A stretch of DNA of 64,000 nucleotides. Origin: an uncultured bacterium (lineage in GTDB: Bacteria > Krumholzibacteriota > Krumholzibacteriia > JACNKJ01). The position numbers were made by a program, and so were the translations under genes. Location: assembly GCA_963695095.1 (NCBI GenBank), contig CAVOFT010000001.1, forward strand, positions 960,001 through 1,024,000. Direction: 5' to 3'. Below are positions 54,971 to 64,000 of this stretch, one piece after another; within the stretch, counting starts at the first letter, position 1; every line of letters starts with the position of its first letter. The notes under the pieces are model-generated. The model was not told the DNA's origin and did no database searches. It saw only the letters and a program-made list of their open reading frames with translations.

Positions 54971-57022
54971 ATGGCCCGTGCACTTTCGTCCCTCGCGACG
55001 CTCTTCGGATCGGCAAGCGGCGTCGTGCTGTTGGTTCTAACCAGCGCAGCGGCCTTCACGCTGCGTCTGGTCTATCTGCTGCCCCTGCGCGGCCAGGCGC
55101 TCTTCGACGAGCCGCACCGGGACTCGATCGAGTACGTCGATCGCGCGCGCGGCATCCTGGCCGGCGACTTCTGGGGCCGCGGCGTCTACTTCCACTCGGC
55201 GCCGCTGTACCCCTACTTCCTTGCCTTGGTGATGGGCCCGACCGGGGCCACCGGTCTCTGGTGGGTGCGCGTCGTGCAGGCCTTGCTGTCGGGGCTCACC
55301 GCCGGTCTGTTGGCGCTCACGGGCCGCCGCCTTTTCGGCCGCGCAGCCGGTGTCGCGACCGCCGCGCTCGCGGTGCTCTACGCCCCCTTCCTCTTCTATA
55401 GTGGCGAGCTGCTCGAGATCACGCTGACCCTCTTCTTCCTCGCCCTGCTGGCCTGGATCCTGGCGCGCGAGCAGCTCGCCGCGCGGCATCTCGTCGCGGC
55501 GGGGCTCTGCCTCGGTCTCGCCGCGCTCGGCAAGCCGAACCTGCTGATCTTGGCTCCCGTGGTGCTGGTGGCGCTGGGCTTCCTGCGGCCGCTGGCGCGG
55601 CCCGCGCGCTGGCCCTGGCGGCGAGGCCTGCTCTTCGCCGCAGGCATCGTCGTGGTCGTGGCGCCCTTCACCCTGCGCAACAAGCTGGTGGGCGACGACT
55701 GGGTGCTCATTAGCAGCAACGGTGGCATCAACCTGTTCATCGGCAACAACCCGCAGGCGACGGGCGGCTTCCAGGTGCCCACCGCCATGCAGTACGACCT
55801 CGAGCACTCGAGCCAGCGCGTCGCTGCGGAGGCCCTCGGCCACGCGGCGAAGCCCTCCGAGGCGAGCCGCTTCTGGGCGAGTCGAGCTTGGGCCTTCCTG
55901 ACCGAGCGGCCGGGGCAGGCGCTGAAGCTCGTCGTGCGCAAGGCGGGCCTGCTCATCGGCAGCTACGAGATTCCCAACCACTTCAACATCTACTTCTTTC
56001 GCGAGAACTTCGCGCCCGTGCTGCGCTGGCCGCTGGTCTGGTACACGCTGGCCCTGCCCTTCGGCGTGCTCGGCCTCGTCGCCGGACTGCGGCGCGGCCG
56101 CCGCAGCCGCCTGGCCGCGGCCTGCCTGCTGGCGATCGCCGCCACCGTGCTGCTCTTCTTCGTCACCAGCCGCTACCGGCTACCCCTGCTCATCTGGCTG
56201 CTGCCCTTTGCCGGCTACGGCCTGACGCTACTTGTGACGGCGCTGCGCGAGCGGCGCTGGCGCTTGATCGGCTTCTTGCTTGCGTTGCTCCTGGCGACCG
56301 GCGCGCTCATGCATCTGCCGCTGGTCAGGGCGAAGGACTTCCACGACGACTGGGAGACGCTGGCCTTCTACTGGGGCCGCCAGGGCGACTGGGACCGCGC
56401 GGCCTTCTACAACCAGCAGGCCCTGCGTGAGAACATGCGCTCGGCGGCGGCCTGGCAGAACCTGGGCTATGCCTACACGCAGCGAGGCCGCGACCTTGCG
56501 GACTGGGATCGCGCGGAGGAGTGCTTCTACAAGGCCATCGAGCTGGATCCCACCCTTGCGCATGCTTACGGCAATCTCGCCTTCGTCTATTTCACCTGGG
56601 ATCGGCCCGAGCTGTTTGCCGCCTGCCTGGATCGCGCGCTCCTGCTCGATCCGGCGCTCGCAGAGACCCTGGCAGAGATGGTCCGCTTCCGGGGCGCCAA
56701 GCTGAGTGGCTGGCGCGAGCGGGCCGAGCAGCAGCTCAGCGGCATCCGCGAGCGCCGGGCGGCGGCTCCCAACGATCCCTGGTTGATGATGGAGGAGGGC
56801 CGCATCCTGGGCATCCGCCTGGAGGATTACGCGGCCAGCCTGCAGATACTGAGCGGGATTCCCATGGCGACGCTGGCCGCGGACTCCGCGCTCACCGATC
56901 GCGTGTCGATGCTGCGCCAGCGCATCGAGCGGGCCGAGCGCTATGCGCCGCTGTTGAGCCGGCCCCTGCCGGGTGAGCGGCGCGCGCCGCTGCGTCCGCC
57001 GCTCAGCCTGCCGGCGCCCTGA
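54971..57022 (+). CDS. GT-C (ArnT/PMT, GT39-like) glycosyltransferase with C-terminal TPRs
   Basis: DSIEY, APLYPYFLA, multiple TMs, NGGINLFIGNNP, SRYRLP; TPRs AWQNLG and AYGNLA. Confidence 0.85.
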   Translation: MARALSSLATLFGSASGVVLLVLTSAAAFTLRLVYLLPLRGQALFDEPHRDSIEYVDRARGILAGDFWGRGVYFHSAPLYPYFLALVMGPTGATGLWWVRVVQALLSGLTAGLLALTGRRLFGRAAGVATAALAVLYAPFLFYSGELLEITLTLFFLALLAWILAREQLAARHLVAAGLCLGLAALGKPNLLILAPVVLVALGFLRPLARPARWPWRRGLLFAAGIVVVVAPFTLRNKLVGDDWVLISSNGGINLFIGNNPQATGGFQVPTAMQYDLEHSSQRVAAEALGHAAKPSEASRFWASRAWAFLTERPGQALKLVVRKAGLLIGSYEIPNHFNIYFFRENFAPVLRWPLVWYTLALPFGVLGLVAGLRRGRRSRLAAACLLAIAATVLLFFVTSRYRLPLLIWLLPFAGYGLTLLVTALRERRWRLIGFLLALLLATGALMHLPLVRAKDFHDDWETLAFYWGRQGDWDRAAFYNQQALRENMRSAAAWQNLGYAYTQRGRDLADWDRAEECFYKAIELDPTLAHAYGNLAFVYFTWDRPELFAACLDRALLLDPALAETLAEMVRFRGAKLSGWRERAEQQLSGIRERRAAAPNDPWLMMEEGRILGIRLEDYAASLQILSGIPMATLAADSALTDRVSMLRQRIERAERYAPLLSRPLPGERRAPLRPPLSLPAP

Positions 57023-57023
57023 G

Positions 57024-57575
57024 CTAGTCGGCGGCCTCGCTGCAGCGCTCGCTCTGGAAGCGGTAGAGGCGGCTGGCGGGATCCTGCCAGGCGGTGGGCG
57101 GCAAGAAGGCCTTTCCGCAGACTTCCGCGAGGAAGCGCTCCCTGTCCCAGCCCAGCTCGATAGGCACCTCCGGCAGCAGCAGCCCGCGCTGCCTTCCCCG
57201 CTCGATGATCAGGCCGTCCTCACCGAGGTGCAGATCGGCCACGTCCGCCAGCGGCTCGGGCGCGGTGAGCAGGCTGACGCCGATGTGCAGCGAGGGCAGC
57301 TCGCCCGCTTGCACGGGGGGGAAACGCGGGTCGCTGCCCGCGGCCTGCACTGCCATCTTCCGGAGGGTGGCGTCGAGGGAGTCCTGTCGCTCGAGCGTGC
57401 CGATGCAGCCGCGCAGGGCCTCGCCCTGCCGCAGCGTGACGAAGAGGCCGTCGACGGGGCGGTCCGCTTCCGGAGCCAGCGCCGGGCCGCCCTCCCGCCA
57501 GCTGGCGTCAGCGCACCAGCGCTCGAGGGTCCAGCGCGCCAGGGCCAGCAGCTGCGCGGCCAGTGGGGCTTCCAT
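57024..57575 (-). CDS. amrA: AmmeMemoRadiSam system protein A (AMMECR1 family)
   Basis: GLFVTL...LRGCIGT, DPRFPPV, GLLLPEV. Confidence 0.92.
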   Translation of the reverse strand: MEAPLAAQLLALARWTLERWCADASWREGGPALAPEADRPVDGLFVTLRQGEALRGCIGTLERQDSLDATLRKMAVQAAGSDPRFPPVQAGELPSLHIGVSLLTAPEPLADVADLHLGEDGLIIERGRQRGLLLPEVPIELGWDRERFLAEVCGKAFLPPTAWQDPASRLYRFQSERCSEAAD

Positions 57576-58076
57576 TCCGCACTCCTCCTTGGGCCGGCCA
57601 GGTCAGCCGGCCAGCCCAGGCTAGCATGGGGCCGCGATCCCGGCAGGGAGAAAGGCCGCGGCGGGAAGCGCGGAGCCGCTTCGGCCCCGACTCGCAACAG
57701 CCGGCGCGGCGCTGGGGGATTCCGCGCAGAGCGGGTGCGCTCACCCAGGGGGCCATCGAGGCGCGCGGGGGCGGGGGCCTTCCTCTCGCCCCGTCGCGCG
57801 GCGAACCGGGTGGCCGATCTCTGGGTGAACGCGCGCAGCTCGCGGCGGCAGGGCCGACGAAATGCCGGTCAGTCACGATTTTCCCCGCGATTCACCGGCC
57901 CCGATGATGCGGATTCCAACGCTATAATCCATTGTGGTTGTTGTGTTAGGTGCATCCAACGCAGGCTGCAAGGCCACGAACCCGCCCCTGGGGGCCGGTC
58001 CAGGCCGCGGCGCCTGGCATGGGATCCAGCCATGCACTGCCCTCCGTGAACTGAACAAACACAAGGAGTGGCAGTG

Positions 58077-58223
58077 ATGAAGAGCCTGACCCTTACTCTC
58101 TGGATCGTACTTGTCTCCCTGATCGGCTTCGGGTCCCTCAGAACGGCGAACGGGGTCGCCGCGGCGGTGCAGTTCGACGAGATTACCCAGCCGAGTGACG
58201 ACGCGGGCAAACCCAATCCCTAA
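58077..58223 (+). CDS. Small secreted peptide, 48 aa (not in ORF track)
   Basis: AAGGAG RBS; MKSLTLTLWIVLVSLIGFGSLRTANGVAAAVQFDEITQPSDDAGKPNP*; followed by a terminator. Confidence 0.7.
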   Translation: MKSLTLTLWIVLVSLIGFGSLRTANGVAAAVQFDEITQPSDDAGKPNP

Positions 58224-58267
58224 TCCCTTCATCACGCCGAGTTCAGTTCCTCCTCTCCTGTCGCGCT

Positions 58268-58293
58268 GGGCCCCGTCTTGACGGGGCCCTTTT
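58268..58293 (+). terminator. Rho-independent terminator after the peptide gene
   Basis: gggccccgtc-tt-gacggggccc-tttt; its apex also reads TTGACG-18 bp-TAGGCT, a possible promoter for the kinase. Confidence 0.7.
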
Positions 58294-58335
58294 CGCACGG
58301 CTAGGCTCGCAGCAACCGCCTCCCCGGAGCTAGCC

Positions 58336-61300
58336 ATGGCCGCAGCCGCGCCCACACCGCCCCGCGATCGCCTCATTGCGGAAGGGGCCACGGCACGAGT
58401 CTTCGTCTCGAGAGATTCGACTGGACGGCCGGCGGCACTCAAGCTGAGCCGCAGCGCTGCCTGCGATGCGGCCCTGATCGCTGAAGCGGACGCAGCGACG
58501 CGTTTCAGCCACCCCGCACTACTTCCCATCCTGGGGCATGGCATTGATCGAGATGGCCGCACCTGGCTGCTTCTCCCTCTGCTATCCGGCAAGACGCTGG
58601 AAGATTGGGGTCCTTCGCCGGCTGCGCTGCTCGATGGCCTCGGACCCATCGCGGACGCTCTCGACTACATTCACCATCTCGGCTACGGGCACGCGGATCT
58701 CAAGCCAAGCAACCTGTTGCTGGCGCAGGAGGGCCACGAGGCCAGGCTGCTCTTGGCGGACCTTGGGCTCATCAGTGAGCTGGGCAAGCCCGCACCGGGC
58801 GGAACACCAGCCTACCTCTCTCCAGCACGGCTGGATGGCAACTCCCTCTCCTGGCGCGACGATCTGCATGCTCTTGCGGTCCTCGTCTACGAGCGCATTG
58901 CAGGGCAGATGCCTTGGCATGCCGTGGAGGGGGAGGCCCTCCTGCAGGATATCCGACTCGGGCGGGTGCGCTCCCTGCGTTCACGTCGACCCGATCTGCC
59001 AGGCACGATGGAGTCCCTTCTTGTGGCCACGCTTCAGGGAAAGGACGGGACGCACAGTGTCGCAGATTGGTTGGATCACTTGAGGGCAGAGCTCGGCCTC
59101 AGGCCCCTGCCCCGCAGGCTCTTCCTCCGCCCCGCGGCGAGCCAAGAGGAGGACATTTCCAGCCGTGAGCGCTTGGCTGCATGGTTGCGTACCCACCTGT
59201 ACTCATCGACCAGTCCTGCTGTCGGCGTTGGTCGTGAGGAATTGCGCAGCCTGGAGGAGCTGGCTCGTGGTGATGCAAGACGCCTTCGCAACCTGCTCGA
59301 TCATCTCCTCGCAGAACAGCATCTTCAGGATCAATCCGGCCAAGCAATCTTTGCAGGCGATCCGACCGAATTGCTCGATCGCCTTCGGGCGCAAGTCCCC
59401 GCTGCCTCCGACGAACCGACACAGTCTGGCCATCAGTGGGAGCGACTGCTCACCGCGCTGCCCATGGCCTTCTCAAGGGGGGATCTGCTGTCGGATGCCG
59501 AATCCAAGATCGAAGGGCTGGAGACGACCATATTCGACCTCCTGGAGCGTGGTCTATTGAGCGAGGCCGAAGAGGGACGCTTCGAGGCGCAGGGCATCGT
59601 GGACCTCCATGCCGCTGCAAGCAGCTCGCTTCCCCTTCCACGTGCGCTCTTCGCATCCCAATGGCAGGCTGCCGAATCCCGTCCCGGAGCACGGCTCCAG
59701 CTTCTCGCCCTCGCCCATGCGACGAATGCGCACTGCCTCATTGACTCGATTCCGCAGAACGCAATGCTCGATGTGGTTGAACGAGCTCCCGGCTGAGGTC
59801 TGCGATGCAGTGCGGGCTTTTCTAAGCGGACGGCCGACCGGCACACCTGGAACGAGGCTGTTGGGACTGCTTGATGTCGTGCGCCTTGTGCGGACGGACC
59901 AGCTTGCTGGTGCAATCGATCGCTTCTGGACCATCGATGAGACTCTGAACACCGCCACCAGCGCGGCATTGAACCGTTACCTGGTATACCAGTTGAGCGA
60001 TTCAGGTCGCGTTCAGGACGCCCGCTCCTTTCTGATGCGGTGGCGTGCGCGGCGGGATGACGAGATCAAGGGGACGCCGACAGAGATCCAGATCGCGGCC
60101 CGTGAGCTGAACATCCTTGGCACCTACGGTGCCCATGCAGAGGCGAGAGACTCGCCGCCACCTATCAACGGCGCTTCGCTGGACGCGAGGGTGCTTGGAT
60201 TCTTAATATCGCGCTTGCCAGCCTTGCGGAAGATCGCGGCGACCGGGCAGAAGCCCTGCGTCAGTCGGAGGCGGCGCTGGGCCAGATGAAGCCCGGTCCT
60301 GAGACCGCACAGCTCGAACTCGATCTTCTCGTCTACATGGCTACGACGGTCATCTCCGCGAGCGATCGGTCGCGCTGGCGATTGCTCGATGGCATATTCG
60401 ATCGCGCCTCAGAGCTGGCAGCGACTCTGGACATTCCCACCTACTCTCATCGGCTAGAAGCCGCCGTCGTTCTCAGAGCCCTTTACCGTGGGGACCTTGC
60501 AGAAGCCCGGAGCCAGACAGAGCGTCTGCGGAGATCTGCTGAACGAACCGGCGAACTGAAGCGAGCGCTGTACATCGAAACCAATCTCGCTATCATTGCC
60601 CGCGAGTCCGGAGACTATGTCGAACTGCGGCGCACTTGTTCCAGGCTAGAAGATCTCATCCAAGGCCAAGAGTCGGTCCGGCAGCATCTCAGCTACAGGG
60701 ATGAGATTGCTTGGCTCGAGCTCGCAGCAGGGGAGCTCGACGCTGCAGAACGGACGACAGAACTGGGCCTTTCTGCCACTGCGGACTCGGAGCTTCACCT
60801 CTTCCGAGGGCTCTTCCTCGGCATCAGTGGCCGCCTGCGCCACCTGGCCGGGGACAAGCCGGAGGCGATAGCGGCTTTCCGTGCAGCAATCGATGCCTTC
60901 GAAAGTACCTATGCACTGAGATATCGCAATGAACACCAACTTGAGCTAATCGCCGTCGATCCTGCGGCAGACCCCGATGGCGCCCTGATCGCCGCCGTGA
61001 TCGACCACGAAGACGCCGTCGGCGAGCGCCGCCTCCTGCCGCGCGCCTGGCAGCTCGAAGCACGCCGGCTCCGGCGGGCGGGGGCCATCCACGATGCGGC
61101 ACTGGCGCTCGAAGAGGCCTTCCGCATCGCCGGCACCTTGGTGAGCCCGGAGCATCGCTGGCCTTTGCACGTGGAGGCGGCTGAGCTGGCGCTCGCGGCC
61201 GGCGAGCGCGGCGCAGCGCGCGCCGAGCTGGAGCGCGCCGTCGAGATCCTCCACGACCTCTCCCTGCAGTTCATCGAGGCGGCGGTGCGCGAGCGCTTCC

Positions 61301-61356
61301 TGGCGCGGCCGGACCGGCGCGCGGTCCTCACGCGCCTGCGGGCCCTGGACGCCTAG
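58336..61356 (+). CDS. Protein kinase - degenerate helical region - TPR-like protein; frameshifts near 59775 and 60148
   Basis: AEGATARV, ALK, HADLKPSN, ADLG, GTPAYLSPA; three ORFs join into one frame; TPR-like helices at the C-terminus. Confidence 0.75.
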
Positions 61357-61455
61357 CAGATGTCTTGAGGATTCGCGGGTCCTCGATTATCATGCCGCCG
61401 ATCGCGCAGCGGCGGCGGGGCCGTACGGCGGCGCGAGCGACCCCAAAGGAGGATC

Positions 61456-62508
61456 ATGGCTCAGAGCACCAAGGACATCCTCGGCGGCGACCCCGAGGGC
61501 CTGCTCACGCACATCTGCAAGACCATCCCCAAGGACCAGCTCCATCTGCCTGGCGCCGACTTCGTCGATCGCATCTTCGCGCCCAGCGATCGCAACAACC
61601 GTGTGATCGGCAATCTGGAATGGCTCTTTCAGCATGGCCGCCTGGCCGGAACCGGCTATCTGTCCATCCTGCCCGTCGATCAGGGCATCGAACACACGGC
61701 GGGCGCCTCCTTCGCGCCGAACCCGATCTACTTTGACCCCGAGAGCATCGTCAAGCTCGCCATCGAAGGCGGCTGCAACGCGGTGGCCTCCACGCTCGGC
61801 GTGCTGGGCGCCGTCGCCCGCCGCTATGCCCACAAGATCCCCTTCGTGGTCAAGTTCAACCACAACGAGCTGCTCACCTATCCGACCAAGTACGATCAGC
61901 GCCTCTTCGCCAGCGTCGAGCAGGCCTACGACATGGGGGCGGCCGCTGTCGGCGCCACCATCTACTTCGGCTCGGAGGAGTCAGGGCGGCAGATCGAGGA
62001 AGTCTCCGAGGCCTTTGCGCACGCACATGAGCTCGGCCTGGCCACCATCCTCTGGTGCTATCTGCGCAACAACGCCTTCAACAAGGGCGGCACCGACTAC
62101 CATGTCGCCGCAGATACCACCGCGCAGGCCAACCATCTCGGCGTCACGATTCAGGCCGACATCATCAAGCAGAAGCTGCCGGAGAACAACGGCGGCTTCA
62201 AGGCGATCGGCTTCGGCAAGAGCCACCCGGCCATGTACGGCCAGCTCTGCACGGACAACCCCATCGACCTCTGCCGCTGGCAGGTGGCGAACTGCTACAT
62301 GGGTCGCATGGGGCTGATCAACTCGGGCGGCGCTTCGGGCGACAACGACTTCGCCGAGGCCGTGCGCACGGCCGTCATCAACAAGCGCGCCGGCGGCATG
62401 GGGCTGATCTCGGGCCGCAAGGCGTTCCAGCGGCCCATGGCCGAGGGCGCCAAGCTGCTGCACGCCATCCAGGACGTCTACCTGGACAAGAGCGTCACCG
62501 TAGCCTAG
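61456..62508 (+). CDS. fbaB: Class I fructose-bisphosphate aldolase (DhnA type)
   Basis: [38 protein letters not shown]. Confidence 0.96.
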   Translation: MAQSTKDILGGDPEGLLTHICKTIPKDQLHLPGADFVDRIFAPSDRNNRVIGNLEWLFQHGRLAGTGYLSILPVDQGIEHTAGASFAPNPIYFDPESIVKLAIEGGCNAVASTLGVLGAVARRYAHKIPFVVKFNHNELLTYPTKYDQRLFASVEQAYDMGAAAVGATIYFGSEESGRQIEEVSEAFAHAHELGLATILWCYLRNNAFNKGGTDYHVAADTTAQANHLGVTIQADIIKQKLPENNGGFKAIGFGKSHPAMYGQLCTDNPIDLCRWQVANCYMGRMGLINSGGASGDNDFAEAVRTAVINKRAGGMGLISGRKAFQRPMAEGAKLLHAIQDVYLDKSVTVA

Positions 62509-62633
62509 TCGGCCACCGTCGGTTCGCTTATCAGTGCCCGTCGCTTCTTGGCGGCGGGCATTCCAGTGCTAAGCGGTGCCGCGCCTCCTGTATACTCCCA
62601 TGGTTCGTTCCTGACAAAGGAGGGGGTAGCTAG

Positions 62634-63533
62634 ATGCCTACAGCTTGGGGACAAGTCCTGACGGTGGTGCACAGCTGGACCTACGTTGCACTAGGGTCTG
62701 CCCTCGGCGTTGGCGCGCTGATGCTCTTCCTTGGCGCAACTGGCTGGAAGACGCGCTTGCTCGCTCTGGGGGCGTTTTTTGGAATCCTGACCGGCCTGTT
62801 TGCGCCGATCCTGCCTTGGCTCGGACGGAGCATTGACTTCCAACCAGGCCCGATTGAGGCATTCTCAAGGGCAATCATCTTCCCTCTCTTCTATTCGGTG
62901 CCTGCAGTATCGCCGCTCGTGATACTGGCTTTCATTCTGTTGTCGACGCTCATACTCGGCAAGGTCTTCTGCGGCTGGGTCTGCCCGATTGGCGTCATCC
63001 AGGAGATCATCGCAGCGGTTCGCCCACATCCGCCGCGGCGCCTGACGCTGAAGGTCTCTCAGGCCGCGCGTGCAGGCCTGTTGTTGGCTTTCGTCGTTCT
63101 CGTACTATGGAAGCGGAGAATCCTCTTCGATTGGATAGATCCCTATCCAGTGCTGCGCGGAGACCGTCGTTCCGATATCGGGGCCTACATCGCGGCGGGA
63201 GTCCTCCTCCTGCTCTCCGCGATGGTCTATCGACCCTTCTGCGGCTTGGCCTGCCCAGTCGGGCTAGTGACCTCGGTTCTGGGCAAAATCAGTTTGTTTT
63301 CCATCCGCCTGACCCCTCACTGTGATCGCTGTGGAGACTGCCTGGGTGAGCGCGTCTGTCCCGGCTTCCGCGCTGCTGTGCAGGCGGAGCCGATCAGGAC
63401 GGAGTGTTTCGCCTGCGGCTCTTGCATTAGGGCCTGTCCGCACGGCGCCGTGCGCTACGCGCGACGGTCCTGGAATCAACCAGCGGTCCGACGCTTTCGG
63501 GGTCGTGGCGTCGCTGCGGGTGGGGGGATATGA
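62634..63533 (+). CDS. Membrane 4Fe-4S binding protein (NapH/YccM-like)
   Basis: FCGWVCP, FCGLACP, CDRCGDC, CFACGSCIRACP; TM segments. Confidence 0.85.
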   Translation: MPTAWGQVLTVVHSWTYVALGSALGVGALMLFLGATGWKTRLLALGAFFGILTGLFAPILPWLGRSIDFQPGPIEAFSRAIIFPLFYSVPAVSPLVILAFILLSTLILGKVFCGWVCPIGVIQEIIAAVRPHPPRRLTLKVSQAARAGLLLAFVVLVLWKRRILFDWIDPYPVLRGDRRSDIGAYIAAGVLLLLSAMVYRPFCGLACPVGLVTSVLGKISLFSIRLTPHCDRCGDCLGERVCPGFRAAVQAEPIRTECFACGSCIRACPHGAVRYARRSWNQPAVRRFRGRGVAAGGGI

Positions 63534-63537
63534 GGGT

Positions 63538-63999
63538 TTAGGGCGCGCTGCCGACGTCAGGGACCACCCGCCAGATCGTGCCCGCGAGGTCCGCATAGTA
63601 GATGGCGCCATCTGGGCCGGTAGCGAGCGAAACGACCAGCCCAGCGTTCTCGAGTAGTGTACCGGTGCGGACGATTGACTTCCCATCAGCATCGACCACG
63701 AGGTAGCGGATCCAGCCGCGGACATAGTCAGCGATCACGAGTGCATCATCCATCCCCGGATAGCGCCCGCCCCGGTAGACCATGCCGCAGATCACGGCAG
63801 CTCCGGTGCCAGCATGGGGATAGGAGTACAGGGGCGCCACGTGCGAGTTGCAATCGCAGGAGTCGAGCAGCGGATCGTCGCAGGGGCCTGAGCAGGGCGG
63901 GTATCCGAAATCGGCGCCGGGGTGGGCGAGATGGACATCCTCCCATGCTGTCATCTGATTGTTGCCTCCGACCTCGGCTATCCAGAAGCGGTGACTCTC
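63538..63999 (-). CDS. PQQ-dependent sugar (glucose/sorbosone) dehydrogenase family, C-terminal part
   Basis: FWIAEVGGN..WEDV..GADFGYP, PLYSYPH, YRG..YP, IADY, GPDGAIY; runs off the window end. Confidence 0.8.
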   Translation of the reverse strand, partial: ESHRFWIAEVGGNNQMTAWEDVHLAHPGADFGYPPCSGPCDDPLLDSCDCNSHVAPLYSYPHAGTGAAVICGMVYRGGRYPGMDDALVIADYVRGWIRYLVVDADGKSIVRTGTLLENAGLVVSLATGPDGAIYYADLAGTIWRVVPDVGSAP

Positions 64000-64000
64000 C

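Noticed and set aside
57600..57880. GC-rich hairpins upstream of amrA as an ncRNA or REP element
   Set aside because: Pairing is expected by chance at this GC content; no recurrence or recognisable motif
58014..58040. Sigma-54 promoter (TGGCA...TGC) before the peptide gene
   Set aside because: The GG-to-GC spacing is not 10 nt; it is better explained as the inverted repeat GCATGG/CCATGC

Overview
Very GC-rich bacterial chromosomal window. C-terminal FlgD-like Ig domains and an 'SFSxIKSLY' tail point to an FCB-group candidate lineage such as Krumholzibacteriota, Latescibacterota or Eisenbacteria (inference). The core part carries a LonC-type protease, a sugar ABC ATPase, a ROK kinase, an OstA-LptD fusion, HU, an M16 peptidase, a group-2-like sigma-70, pdxST, two cyclophilins, metG, uvrA, TerC, a MacAB-like/MATE cluster, amrA and fbaB. 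About a dozen single-base frameshifts, some in essential genes, look like long-read assembly errors. Signals the ORF track does not show: (1) two probable selenoproteins with in-frame TGA and SECIS-like hairpins, a UshA-like/tetraheme cytochrome c fusion (C-G-U) and an FmdB zinc ribbon (CGGGG-U-RV); (2) an uncalled 48-aa secreted peptide gene with its own RBS and terminator directly upstream of a kinase-TPR protein in a lower-GC patch, a candidate peptide-signalling module; (3) a Hanks kinase-STAND-TPR gene divergent from an FHA-GAF histidine kinase and a sigma-54 activator; (4) a three-gene lipid operon with an acyltransferase/NMP-kinase fusion and motif-degenerate CdsA-like and DAG-kinase-like genes; (5) a Rex/CRP-type operator on the sigma factor promoter; (6) a candidate ~105-nt sRNA; (7) an IS256 without target duplication that truncates a secreted-protein islet.
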